IMG/VR virus record: IMGVR_UViG_3300027747_000967
Span: 1-64,000 of that record
Strand: one strand, 5' to 3'
DNA length: 64,000 nucleotides
DNA from: a virus
Every line of letters begins with the position of its first letter. The first letter of the stretch is position 1. The notes beneath the pieces were generated by a model. It had not been told where the DNA came from. It saw only the letters and a list, made by a program, of their open reading frames with translations, and searched no databases. Position numbers and translations under genes: made by a program. Below are positions 1 through 9,325 of the stretch, piece by piece.

Positions 1-1
1 T

Positions 2-595
2 ATGACATCTAAACTAACGGAACTGGCGCAAGAAAGAAAAGCGGAAGGACATAAAATGTCCTCAAGAGAAGCATATCAATGGCTTTTGACAAAAATTTCT
101 GCGTTAAGAAATCCTTCTGTTATAGCTAGAACAATACAAGATGAAGAACTGAGACCGGGTAGATTTAAATTAGGTCAGTTATATTACTTTTATTATGACC
201 CAAAAGGTAAAGATGATTTACCATATTACGATAGGTTTCCATTGGTATTAACTTTGGAAAAATACCAAGATGGGTTTTTAGGATTAAACTTACATTATTT
301 GCCTATTAAATACCGAGTGGCATTTATTGGTAAATTAATGCAATACGCAGTGCCGGGTAAAGACGATGAAATTAAAAGATTAAGAGTTACCTATGACATT
401 TTAGTTGCGTCCAAGCGCCTTAGAGAATTCAGGCCTTGTATTAAACGATATTTGACGCCACATATTAAGTCTAAGTTACTTGCCGTTCAGCCAGATGAGT
501 GGGATACGGCAATTATGCTTCCGGTACACCAATTTAAGGGTGCCAAACCAGAAACGGTATGGAAAGATTCAGTAGAAGAAATTAAGAGAACTTAA
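2..595 (+). CDS. 2: DNA end protector protein (T4 gp2-like)
   Basis: Motifs YYFYYDPKGK..LPYYDRFPL, GFLGLNLHYLP and CIKRYL typical of gp2. Confidence 0.85.
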   Translation: MTSKLTELAQERKAEGHKMSSREAYQWLLTKISALRNPSVIARTIQDEELRPGRFKLGQLYYFYYDPKGKDDLPYYDRFPLVLTLEKYQDGFLGLNLHYLPIKYRVAFIGKLMQYAVPGKDDEIKRLRVTYDILVASKRLREFRPCIKRYLTPHIKSKLLAVQPDEWDTAIMLPVHQFKGAKPETVWKDSVEEIKRT

Positions 596-1339
596 ATGCC
601 ACAAAGTATATCAGATTTTTATAGTAGTTTTGTAACTGGCTTGGCGAAACCTAGTCGTTTTGAGGTATCTATTACTGCGCCTACTGGATTACCTTCTACA
701 CCTATAAATTTAATGTATAGGTGTGAATCTGCCGAATTACCTAGTAGAACTTATGCTACAACGGAACAAAAATTTGGTTCTAATCCTATTGAAAAATATC
801 CATATCAAGTAACATTTAATGATTTGACGCTTACTTTTATGGTTGGCGGAGACATGAAAGAAAAGGAATTTTTTGATAAATGGATGGAATTAGTTGTTCC
901 TTCATCCAATTATAATCCAAAATACAAATATTCATATGTTGCGACTATAAGAATTACACAATTTGATTCTACAGGCAAACCAACCTATGCTGTAGATTTA
1001 ATAGATGCTTATCCTATTACTGTCAATCAATTAGATTTGGATTGGTCGGCAGAAGGTTATCATAAGTTAAGTGTTGTTTTTGCATACACATATTGGGAAA
1101 AAATAGATAACCCTTTATCTGAAGAAGTTAGAACTAATAAACCGCAACCAAGTGAGAGTGTCCGTACTACATCACAGGGAAATACTTTAGGACCAATGAC
1201 AAATCCTATAGATAATAATACACCAAATCAATCTTCTGGGGTTTCACAGATAGGTACGATTGGTCCAATATCAAATCCTGTAGTTAATAATACACCAGAC
1301 CAATCACCTGGTCCAATTTTTGTACCTTTAATTCGTTAA
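596..1339 (+). CDS. Baseplate tail-tube initiator (gp54/gp19-like) with low-complexity C-terminal extension
   Basis: AKPSRFEV, CESAELPSR, FFDKWME, DAYPITVNQLDLDW and VVFAYTYW tail-tube-fold motifs; lies between gp2 and gp26. Confidence 0.7.
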   Translation: MPQSISDFYSSFVTGLAKPSRFEVSITAPTGLPSTPINLMYRCESAELPSRTYATTEQKFGSNPIEKYPYQVTFNDLTLTFMVGGDMKEKEFFDKWMELVVPSSNYNPKYKYSYVATIRITQFDSTGKPTYAVDLIDAYPITVNQLDLDWSAEGYHKLSVVFAYTYWEKIDNPLSEEVRTNKPQPSESVRTTSQGNTLGPMTNPIDNNTPNQSSGVSQIGTIGPISNPVVNNTPDQSPGPIFVPLIR

Positions 1340-1359
1340 TTTAAAATGGAGATTTAAAA

Positions 1360-2082
1360 ATGTTGCCCCGTATTGACACACCTGTTTATGAACTAGACTT
1401 ACCTTTATCAAAAAAACATATTCGCTTTAGACCTTTTCTTGTAAAAGAACAACGAAATTTGCTCATGGCGTTAGAATCTGATGATAAAGAAACGATTGAA
1501 AAAAATATTCGTCAAGTTTTACATAATTGCACATTGACAGAAAACATTGATATTGATAAATTGCCTATTATTGATGTTGAATTTTATTTTCTCAATTTAA
1601 GAGCTCGCTCTGTTGGTGAAGTCATTGAAAACAAATACCGTTGTGAAAATGAAGTAGAAGGAAAAAACTGTGGTAATTTAATGGAATCTTCAGTTAATCT
1701 TTTAGAAATTAAAGTTAATATACCAGAAGATATTAAAGATGAAATTCAATTAACACCACAAATTACTATCAAATTAAAATATCCTGAATTTTCTATACTA
1801 CAAAGAGCATCAAAATTTGAAAATGTTACCGATATGGCATTTGATATGATTGTTGAATCGGTAGAGTACATTTATGATGGTCAACAATTTCACTATGCTA
1901 AAGAATCTACACCTGAAGAAATGGTAGAATTTATTGAGTCTCTTAATCAAGAACAATTTAGTAGAATTGAAGCATTCTTTGAAAAAATGCCTACATTAAA
2001 TAAAAAAATAGAAATGGATTGCAAGAAGTGTGGTTTTCACCATATCATTGATGTGGAGGGTCTAGACTCTTTTTTCGTTTAA
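1360..2082 (+). CDS. 26: Baseplate hub assembly protein (T4 gp26-like)
   Basis: MLPRIDTPVYEL, FRPFLVKE, LRARSVGE, CxxC and C-terminal GLDSFF. Confidence 0.85.
   Translation: MLPRIDTPVYELDLPLSKKHIRFRPFLVKEQRNLLMALESDDKETIEKNIRQVLHNCTLTENIDIDKLPIIDVEFYFLNLRARSVGEVIENKYRCENEVEGKNCGNLMESSVNLLEIKVNIPEDIKDEIQLTPQITIKLKYPEFSILQRASKFENVTDMAFDMIVESVEYIYDGQQFHYAKESTPEEMVEFIESLNQEQFSRIEAFFEKMPTLNKKIEMDCKKCGFHHIIDVEGLDSFFV
2070..2076 (+). other. Putative -1 ribosomal frameshift slippery heptamer T TTT TTC
   Basis: X XXY YYZ heptamer in the gp26 frame, one codon before its stop; the -1 frame is the gp51-like ORF. Confidence 0.6.
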
Positions 2083-2267
2083 CATTTCGTCATGACAATC
2101 TGAAGAATTACTACACGACAAACTTTTCATTGATACAGCATCACAAATATAGTTTGTCAGAACTTGAAAATATGATACCGTGGGAACGTGATATCTACAT
2201 TGCTATGCTTACACAATACATTGAAGAAGAAAATGATAAAATTAAGCAAAGACAAAATAGTAGATGA
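2070..2267 (+). CDS. 51: gp51-like baseplate hub assembly module (missing from ORF track; probably the frameshifted C-terminus of gp26)
   Basis: Translated by hand: FFRLTFRHDNLKNYYTTNFSLIQHHKYSLSELENMIPWERDIYIAMLTQYIEEENDKIKQRQNSR*. First in-frame ATG only at 2172; TGA overlaps the next ATG (ATGA). Confidence 0.8.
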   Translation, partial: FFRLTFRHDNLKNYYTTNFSLIQHHKYSLSELENMIPWERDIYIAMLTQYIEEENDKIKQRQNSR

Positions 2268-4957
2268 CACAAAAAACACTTGAACAACTCCAAAAAGAAC
2301 TAAAACAACTTGACAAGTTGATTGAAGAAAAACGACCTCTTACAAGAGAAGAGGCCAAAAAGTTTAGAGAAATTGGTTTATTGAAAAGTATCACGCAGAG
2401 TATTGTTGAAGGTAATTCTAAAGGCCGTACCATCTCCAAGGCCACACAAGCAATTACGATGGGTATACAAGAAAAATTTGATCCTTTAAATATTGGCAAA
2501 ATGATTGCTGGTAGTTTAGGTGTTGGCTTAGCCGGTAAATTGACAGGCAGAAGCCAAGAAGATATGGAACATTTTTCGGGTATAACGGGTAAAAGGGGTA
2601 AAAAATCCATAAAAGAATCTACTAACGAACCTAGGAAATTAGGTAAGGTAGATACAAACTTTTATAACACCGTATTAGATAACCAACCAGTAAAGAATGG
2701 TGAGGGAGTTGCAACTGTAGCAGGTAAATTATTAAATCTTTATAAAAAAAATATTGTTGATAAAAAATTGCAGAATGAATTAAATCGTAATTTTGAAGAA
2801 GAAATACAACAAGAAGATACAAGAAAACGTAAAGATTTAATTGTATCAATAGAAAATAGAACTAAAGAATTAAAAAAAATATTCTTTGAGGAAAAACTTG
2901 ATAAAAAAACATTAGATAAAATAAAGAAATTAGAAATAGATAAAAGTGGAGGCAGTTTAATAAAAAAAACTATTTCAACAGCTAAAGATTTGGCCACCGG
3001 TATTTCGCCTAAAATTATTTCACCTAAAACTGGCACTTCTATTATTTCTGGAGCTGCTACTGGAGCTGCTATCACCGGTGGTGCTGTTATTGCTGGTTAC
3101 GGAATTTCTTCATTATTAAAGAAAGGTGAGGCTGCAACATACGACACACAATTTGGTGGAAAACGCAAAACTGGTTTAGAAGAAATGACAATAGATGAAG
3201 TTTTGCAATACCAAAAAACTAAATCTGACTGGAATCAAAAAAGTAGTGCAATTGGTAAATATCAAATAATGCCTAAAACATTAGAAGGTGCAAAAAAAAG
3301 TTTAGGATTAACGGGAAAAGAAAAATTTGATAAAAATACACAAGATAAAATTTATATGGATTATCTTATTGGTGGTAGCAAAAGGCCAAATCTTAATTCT
3401 TATTTAACGGGAAAATCTAATAATATTGAAGAAGCACAAATGGATTTAGCTAAAGAATTCGCTTCAATACCAGTACCACATGATGTGAATAGACCAAAAG
3501 GTGCAGGAGGTCCTACTGATCCAGGAGGCCAAGTTAAAATGGGACAGTCTTATTATGAGGGTCTTGCTGGTAATCATGCAATGAAAGTTTCTAAAGAAGA
3601 AGTTCAAAAACGTATTAACGAACAACGTGATTTAAAGATGGGTAAAGTTTCTCCTGAACAAGTACAACAAATTGCCACGGCAAAAGAACCATCAGCTGTT
3701 AAAGTTTCAAATGAGCCATCAAAAGTACAGTCAAATCAAAAATTAGCTATTGCTGGTGATAGTATTGCTTATGGTGTAGGTAAAACCAAATTGGGTGAAG
3801 AAGCAAAAACGCAAGCAACTGTAGGTCTGTCCACAAAAGAAATTATTTCAGCAGTTAAAACTAAAACAACATCAGACCTTAGTAAAAAAGGTATGGCGGG
3901 CACTAGTAAAAATCAAGGTGATGTAACTAATTCGGATATTGCCGTTATTAGTGCCGGATCAAACGATTGGGGTAATTTAACTAATTTAAAAAATGATTTA
4001 GCTGAATTAAGAAAAGTCACCAACGCAAAGAAATATATTTGGGTATTGCCTGCTAACACAATGCCTGATGGAAAAAATATTGCTGGTGCAAGAAAAATTG
4101 TAGAATCTTTTGCTAATGAGAATAAAGATTCTACAGTTAGTTTTGAACCTGGTAAAGACCAAATACATCCAAAAAGTCCTGAAAAATTACAACAAGATAT
4201 TAGAAGTAAAATAAAAGAGTTGCAAGGTGAAACCACAAATAAAGAAAACAAAGTTATTGAAACAAAAAATATGAACACATCTACAGACTTTGTTATGTTT
4301 AGAGGAAAAGACCCTCAGACAGGCACAAGCAAAGGTGTTGATTCTTCCGCAAGTTCATTGACAGAGGCAGGTTTTAAAGCACAAGCATTTAATTCTTTTT
4401 CGGCACCATCATCATTAGCAAAAGATGGTTCACCGTTATATGGTTTTAGTTTAGGTGGTATGTCAGTTTTAGATTATGCAAATAAAAACAAAAATGTTAA
4501 ATTTTCAACGGCATATCTTGTAGACCCATATGGTGATTCATTAAAGATGTTATTAGATAATCCTCCAAAAAATGTTGATAAATTTATCGTTTGGTATAAT
4601 CCAAATCATGAATATTTAAAAAAATATGGTGTATTATCAAGAATGAAATCTCAAGATAATATTCAATTTATACCTATATCTGGTGTATCTCATGCTGAAA
4701 TGCCACAAAAAGTATTGCCTACTATTCTTTCAGATTTACAAAAAAATAAATCAAGTCAAGTTGCTTCTACTAATAATATGGGTGGCGAGCTAAATAGTAG
4801 AACAAAAGAAAATCAAAACTTAAAAGAAGGTATGAAACCTGTTTCTTATATTGATAATTCTTCAAAAACAAAAGAAATTGGAAAAAAATCATCACCTAAA
4901 ATACTAGCTGCGGCAGATAAACTAGATTACCCTATACACATAAAAGTTCAATCATAA
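2264..4957 (+). CDS. Tail hub/tape-measure-like protein with lysozyme-like, SGNH esterase and alpha/beta-hydrolase domains
   Basis: AIGKYQIMPKTL/FDKNTQDK/LAKEFASIP (lambda-R-like muramidase); GDS, GSND, DQIH (SGNH); GFSLGG..VDP..H (alpha/beta hydrolase); position after gp26/51. Confidence 0.7.
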   Translation: MTQKTLEQLQKELKQLDKLIEEKRPLTREEAKKFREIGLLKSITQSIVEGNSKGRTISKATQAITMGIQEKFDPLNIGKMIAGSLGVGLAGKLTGRSQEDMEHFSGITGKRGKKSIKESTNEPRKLGKVDTNFYNTVLDNQPVKNGEGVATVAGKLLNLYKKNIVDKKLQNELNRNFEEEIQQEDTRKRKDLIVSIENRTKELKKIFFEEKLDKKTLDKIKKLEIDKSGGSLIKKTISTAKDLATGISPKIISPKTGTSIISGAATGAAITGGAVIAGYGISSLLKKGEAATYDTQFGGKRKTGLEEMTIDEVLQYQKTKSDWNQKSSAIGKYQIMPKTLEGAKKSLGLTGKEKFDKNTQDKIYMDYLIGGSKRPNLNSYLTGKSNNIEEAQMDLAKEFASIPVPHDVNRPKGAGGPTDPGGQVKMGQSYYEGLAGNHAMKVSKEEVQKRINEQRDLKMGKVSPEQVQQIATAKEPSAVKVSNEPSKVQSNQKLAIAGDSIAYGVGKTKLGEEAKTQATVGLSTKEIISAVKTKTTSDLSKKGMAGTSKNQGDVTNSDIAVISAGSNDWGNLTNLKNDLAELRKVTNAKKYIWVLPANTMPDGKNIAGARKIVESFANENKDSTVSFEPGKDQIHPKSPEKLQQDIRSKIKELQGETTNKENKVIETKNMNTSTDFVMFRGKDPQTGTSKGVDSSASSLTEAGFKAQAFNSFSAPSSLAKDGSPLYGFSLGGMSVLDYANKNKNVKFSTAYLVDPYGDSLKMLLDNPPKNVDKFIVWYNPNHEYLKKYGVLSRMKSQDNIQFIPISGVSHAEMPQKVLPTILSDLQKNKSSQVASTNNMGGELNSRTKENQNLKEGMKPVSYIDNSSKTKEIGKKSSPKILAAADKLDYPIHIKVQS

Positions 4958-4960
4958 AAA

Positions 4961-7198
4961 ATGAAAATAATAACAAAAAAATTAGGAAATCAAGAATTTA
5001 TATGGGACGCTACCGCTTATAAAAATAAGGGTTATTGGTATATTCTAGGTAAAAAAGGTGCATACGGAAGACCAGCAAGTAGAAAAGAATTTTCCCAATT
5101 AGGAAAACCAAACGAAAAAGAAACCATACCAGTTTCACCGGAAGTTTATGAAGAACCTGAAATTTATGATGAACCTGAAGAATCTACAAATGTCGGTATG
5201 TCGTACCAACGTGCTGCAAATATAAGAGATAAAGGATTAAGAAATCTTATCGCAGGTAAAATTATTGCGGGTGGAGATATTGGTGAATCTATTAAAGACG
5301 GCATCTCAGAAGGTGTTAAAGCAAAATTAACAGGGCTTAAAGAGAGATTAGACCCCTTAAATATTGCTCGCAAGTTAACCGGCAATTTAGGTGCAGCTCT
5401 TTTTGGTAAAATAACAGGCAGAAGTCAAGAAGATATGCAATATTTTACCGGTTATGGTAAAAAGAATGGTGCTACTGCTACGCAAGTACCAGAAAAAAAT
5501 ACATTGAGTAAAATTGAAGAAGCCACAACTACCAAAGTATCTGGTGGCCAATCAAATGCGAATTTACGAGTAAAAGATAGTGTATCTGATGTTCTTGCTA
5601 AATTATATAACTTACTTAAAAAAAGTTTTGATGATGAAAAATTAAATTCAGAATTAAATAGAAATTTTAAAGCCGAAATTGAAAAAGAAAAAAATAAATT
5701 AAATGATAAGTTATTTACTGCAATTGAAAAACAATCCGACCTAATCAAATACTGTTTACCAATTTCAACATTTAATCAATTTACAAAAGATTTACATAAA
5801 AAATTAAAAGATATCAAAACTAATGTTGAAGATAAAGATAATGATGGTTTACTAAAACAATTAGAAACAATATTAGGAGCAGGATTATTTTCAAGAATGT
5901 TTGGAGCAGTTCTTCCTTCTTTTATACCATTGATGAGCTCATTGCTCTTAGCAGGTGGAGTAGGAGTAGCAATTTATGCTGCCACAAGAGGACTAGAATA
6001 TTTAAACAAAATAACACCAGATTATAAACAAATTTCTCCTAAGGAAGCAGAAGCTGCTTTAAGTGGTAGCCAACACGATATTGATTCTTATGCTGAAAGA
6101 GATAAGACAGGTAAAATAACTAAATCAGGTAAAGATGTTTTAAAAGATGTTATAAAAAATAAGCCAAAAGAAGCGCAAGCACTTGAAGAAAAAAGAAAAC
6201 AAATTGATGCAATGCCTGCAGGTACCGAAGAAGAAAAAAAGGCAAAAGATAAAGAAATCGAATCCCACAAAGATTCTGTTAGAAAGTTTGGTGGTGAGAA
6301 ATTACTAAAAGAAGTCCTTAACGATAAAACAATACGCAAAGCACCAGAACCAGAAAATATTGATAAAGGTCCTGAAAAAGTTCCACCACGTCCCGTTACA
6401 GGAGGCTCAGCGTTAGAATCCAAGCAAAAAAAATGGGACATAGATTATGGTGATAGACATGACCCTAAAACTGGAATTAGAAAAGATTTATTACCAAAGA
6501 CAAAAGAAAACACCGAAGAAAATTCTAATGCAATTTCCACATCAAGTGTTATTAAAGAGATTAAAGATAGTTCTACAGAAATAAAATCTAGTAGTAATGT
6601 TAATACCAATAATGTTAATAATAATAGTGCTACATCATTAGCAAGTAATATTAATAATAGTAATGTTAATAATAATAGTGCTACATCATTAGCAAGTAAT
6701 ATTAATAATAGTAATGTTAATAATAATAGTGCTACATCATTAGCAAGTAATATTAATAATAGTAATGTTAATAACAATACCAATAGTGCTACATCATTAG
6801 CAAGTAATATTAATAATAGTAATGTTAATAACAATACCAATAGTGCTACATCATTAGCAAGTAATATTAATAATAGTAATGTTAAAGATAAAGGTAGTAA
6901 AAGTAGTGCTAGTGGTGTTCAATCTGCTCAGAATATTATTAGTCAAGAAATACAAACAGCATCATTGCAACCAAGTAATAATTCTTTGTCTACAAAAATG
7001 CAAAATGTAAATAGTCAATATATTGATAATAGGTTAACGCAAGAAGGATTAACTTCTACAATTATAGCGGACAATTCAAAGCAAACAACTATTATCAATC
7101 AAAACTCAGATGGTTTAATGGTAGAAGAATTGGTTGCTGTGAGAGAATATGAACCAACATTTGAAAAAGTTAATAGACAATATTTAAGAATGGTATAA
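4961..7198 (+). CDS. Second tail hub/tape-measure-like protein, paralogous N-terminal region, hydrophobic segment and Asn-rich repeats
   Basis: Shares DPLNI..GK(L/I)TGRSQEDM..F.G and ELNRNF with 2264..4957; coiled-coil composition. Confidence 0.55.
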   Translation: MKIITKKLGNQEFIWDATAYKNKGYWYILGKKGAYGRPASRKEFSQLGKPNEKETIPVSPEVYEEPEIYDEPEESTNVGMSYQRAANIRDKGLRNLIAGKIIAGGDIGESIKDGISEGVKAKLTGLKERLDPLNIARKLTGNLGAALFGKITGRSQEDMQYFTGYGKKNGATATQVPEKNTLSKIEEATTTKVSGGQSNANLRVKDSVSDVLAKLYNLLKKSFDDEKLNSELNRNFKAEIEKEKNKLNDKLFTAIEKQSDLIKYCLPISTFNQFTKDLHKKLKDIKTNVEDKDNDGLLKQLETILGAGLFSRMFGAVLPSFIPLMSSLLLAGGVGVAIYAATRGLEYLNKITPDYKQISPKEAEAALSGSQHDIDSYAERDKTGKITKSGKDVLKDVIKNKPKEAQALEEKRKQIDAMPAGTEEEKKAKDKEIESHKDSVRKFGGEKLLKEVLNDKTIRKAPEPENIDKGPEKVPPRPVTGGSALESKQKKWDIDYGDRHDPKTGIRKDLLPKTKENTEENSNAISTSSVIKEIKDSSTEIKSSSNVNTNNVNNNSATSLASNINNSNVNNNSATSLASNINNSNVNNNSATSLASNINNSNVNNNTNSATSLASNINNSNVNNNTNSATSLASNINNSNVKDKGSKSSASGVQSAQNIISQEIQTASLQPSNNSLSTKMQNVNSQYIDNRLTQEGLTSTIIADNSKQTTIINQNSDGLMVEELVAVREYEPTFEKVNRQYLRMV
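6611..6877 (+). repeat. In-frame tandem repeat, 3 x 51 bp plus 2 x 57 bp
   Basis: Unit aatgttaataa(..)tagtgctacatcattagcaagtaatattaataatagt encodes NVNNN(TN)SATSLASNINNS. Confidence 0.95.
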
Positions 7199-7239
7199 AA
7201 AACCCGCCAAAGTGTGCATCGTTGAGAGGCATGGCGGGT
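7197..7239 (-). terminator. Intrinsic terminator between convergent units (U-tract on minus strand, after gp32)
   Basis: acccgcca (7202-7209) / tggcgggt (7232-7239) inverted repeat next to an A6 run. Confidence 0.7.
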
Positions 7240-7252
7240 GTGTCAAAACTAT

Positions 7253-8143
7253 TTAGTCGGATTCTGCTAACCGTGCAAAATATGCTAAGTCATCATCTTC
7301 AACATCAGTATCAAAAGGAACTTCTTCTTTAACAACCTTAGGTGCTTTCTTTACTTCTTCTTTGATTTGCTCTACAGTAGTCTTAGGTGTAGGTACTTCA
7401 CCATTTAAACCTAATACTTTGTCAAGACGAGCTTTCAATACATCATAAGACTTAAACTCTTTATCACCAACCATCTCGGTTAAAGAATACTCTTTCTTAT
7501 AGATTGCTTCTAACTTATCGTCAGCAGCCAAAGGAGATGGAGAATCAAATTCTGACTTATCATAATTCTGATAACCTTCTACTTTACGAATCTTTAACTT
7601 GAAGTTAGCGCCTTTCCATAAATCAAATGGATTGATTGCTGTTTCATCTTCAAATGCTGGATTCATTGCTTCTGTAATCTTATCAAAGATTTTCTTGCCG
7701 AACTTATACAGAAATACTTTGCCTTCATTTTCAGGATTCTTAGGGTCAGCAACCACATAAATGTTAGCGATGTAATTTAACTTACGTTTTTGTTTACGGA
7801 CGATTTCTTTGTTTGCTTCAATACCTGAATTCCATAATGTAGAATTATGCTCACAAACAGGACAAGTTTGATTCTTTGTAGTTAAACAATTATCAATTAA
7901 CCAACCGCCAGTTCCTTGAAATCCATGTGAGAATACTTTTACCCATGGAAGACCATCATCACCATCAACTGATGGTGCTGGTAGAAAACGAATGACTGCT
8001 TGGCCATTGCCTGATTTGTCGGTCTCGCATTTCCAAAAATTATCGGATTTGTCTGAACCTTCTGATGTTGTGTTGAGTGCCTCAATTGCTTTTGTTAGCT
8101 TATCAAGGTTGCCGGATTGGCGTTTTAGATTTTCAAAACTCAT
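7253..8143 (-). CDS. 32: Single-stranded DNA-binding protein (gp32)
   Basis: GNGQAVIRFLPA, HGFQGTGGWLIDNCLTT, CPVCE, YKFGKKIFDKI, acidic tail. Confidence 0.97.
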   Translation of the reverse strand: MSFENLKRQSGNLDKLTKAIEALNTTSEGSDKSDNFWKCETDKSGNGQAVIRFLPAPSVDGDDGLPWVKVFSHGFQGTGGWLIDNCLTTKNQTCPVCEHNSTLWNSGIEANKEIVRKQKRKLNYIANIYVVADPKNPENEGKVFLYKFGKKIFDKITEAMNPAFEDETAINPFDLWKGANFKLKIRKVEGYQNYDKSEFDSPSPLAADDKLEAIYKKEYSLTEMVGDKEFKSYDVLKARLDKVLGLNGEVPTPKTTVEQIKEEVKKAPKVVKEEVPFDTDVEDDDLAYFARLAESD

Positions 8144-8207
8144 GTAATGCTCCTTATTAACGGTGTATAAACGGAATGTGTCAAGTTACTTCTCATAATC
8201 AACTGCT

Positions 8208-8236
8208 AGTATATCATATATTTAGGCGTTTGTCAA
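8208..8236 (-). promoter_or_regulatory. Sigma70-type promoter for gp32
   Basis: TTGACA-17 bp-TATACT with extended TG; CTAAATA late-like box in the spacer. Confidence 0.7.
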
Positions 8237-8724
8237 ACATACATACGCAAAATAGTGAGTGTTGTCGCCCAATCTAGGTGAAGTATACCAATACCACCTG
8301 CTTTTTTCCAATCAGTAATATTTGAGCTGGTGTCATCAATAAGTATACGTTGTGGTGTGGCATAATTTTGTTTCAAATGTTTACCTGGAACAAAAATAGG
8401 ATTAAATGTAATGCCATGACTTTGCAACCAAATACTTTTTTGTTTCATAATCTCATCATGCCTTCTTTCGTTGGCAGTAGAGGTAAGCATTTGTGTTGGT
8501 ACATTTGATTTACGGAGAAATTCAATACCTTCCATTGCACCTGGCATTAAATCTAATGTAGCAAAATTATTATCTTGTATGAACATATCAAAGAGTTTAT
8601 TAAAACGTTTATCTTTTTCTGCTTTGTTTGGACTCATACCAAACAATTCTTCATATCGTTTTACAAAGTCTGCAATCACGCCATCCATATCTAAGTAGAT
8701 ACATTCTATTTTAGGTTTATGCAT
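8233..8724 (-). CDS. HAD-family 5'(3')-deoxyribonucleotidase-like phosphatase
   Basis: YLDMDGVIADF, ILIDD, WKKAGGIGILH. Confidence 0.85.
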   Translation of the reverse strand: MHKPKIECIYLDMDGVIADFVKRYEELFGMSPNKAEKDKRFNKLFDMFIQDNNFATLDLMPGAMEGIEFLRKSNVPTQMLTSTANERRHDEIMKQKSIWLQSHGITFNPIFVPGKHLKQNYATPQRILIDDTSSNITDWKKAGGIGILHLDWATTLTILRMYV

Positions 8725-9325
8725 ATGACTTTATCTTTTCTTTTAGTGTTTGTTTAAATTTTTGTTTATCGTATTGTATCAGCGGTTTATATTTATGAAT
8801 TAACCTATAATGAGATGGCCAAATTAAATCATCAACAATTTCTTTTTTCCATTTTGGTGTAAAGTTCAGTATATCATCTAATATACAAACAGTTTCTAAT
8901 GTAATCTTGCCTCTTAACATCAAACCTAATAAATCTGGATGTTGACCAAAGAAAACTTTAAATGGCGCTTCACGGTCATCTTCATACGCACTCAATAAAA
9001 ATTCAGTATCGTTTGCAAAGTTGTATGATAATGACTGCATACGCTTTTTCCATTTAGCATAATTCTCAGGACCATCTTGTAACAAGGCCATAACATATTC
9101 GCCTTTGCCTTCTATAAAATTAGAAATATAAAAGTCTTTTAATTCTTCTACATTATATTTACGAGATAGTTTACTAAAATGCCATCTAAATTTATTCTGC
9201 ATGAAAGATTGCTTTGATACATTTGTTTTACCATGATACTTAATATAATCATAACTATCGCTGGTGAAATGTAACTTTAAACTGTTCCAAAGTTTATATG
9301 CTTCAAATCCTGTGTTATCTGTCAT
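8717..9325 (-). CDS. 59: Helicase loader (gp59)
   Basis: LKLHFTSDSYDYIKYHGK, ITLETVCILD; synteny 33-59-32. Confidence 0.9.
   Translation of the reverse strand: MTDNTGFEAYKLWNSLKLHFTSDSYDYIKYHGKTNVSKQSFMQNKFRWHFSKLSRKYNVEELKDFYISNFIEGKGEYVMALLQDGPENYAKWKKRMQSLSYNFANDTEFLLSAYEDDREAPFKVFFGQHPDLLGLMLRGKITLETVCILDDILNFTPKWKKEIVDDLIWPSHYRLIHKYKPLIQYDKQKFKQTLKEKIKSYA

Noticed and set aside
2242-6840. Minus-strand ORFs within the tail genes (e.g. the Leu-rich 6445..6840)
   Set aside because: Antisense shadows of plus-strand genes and of the repeat; no RBS or motifs
6611-6877. Possible CRISPR array
   Set aside because: Units are contiguous with no unique spacers, are multiples of three and lie in frame within a CDS
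7207-7216. ccaaagtgtg shared with the hairpin loop near 63580 (opposite strand)
   Set aside because: A single 10-bp match is expected by chance in 64 kb, and the contexts differ
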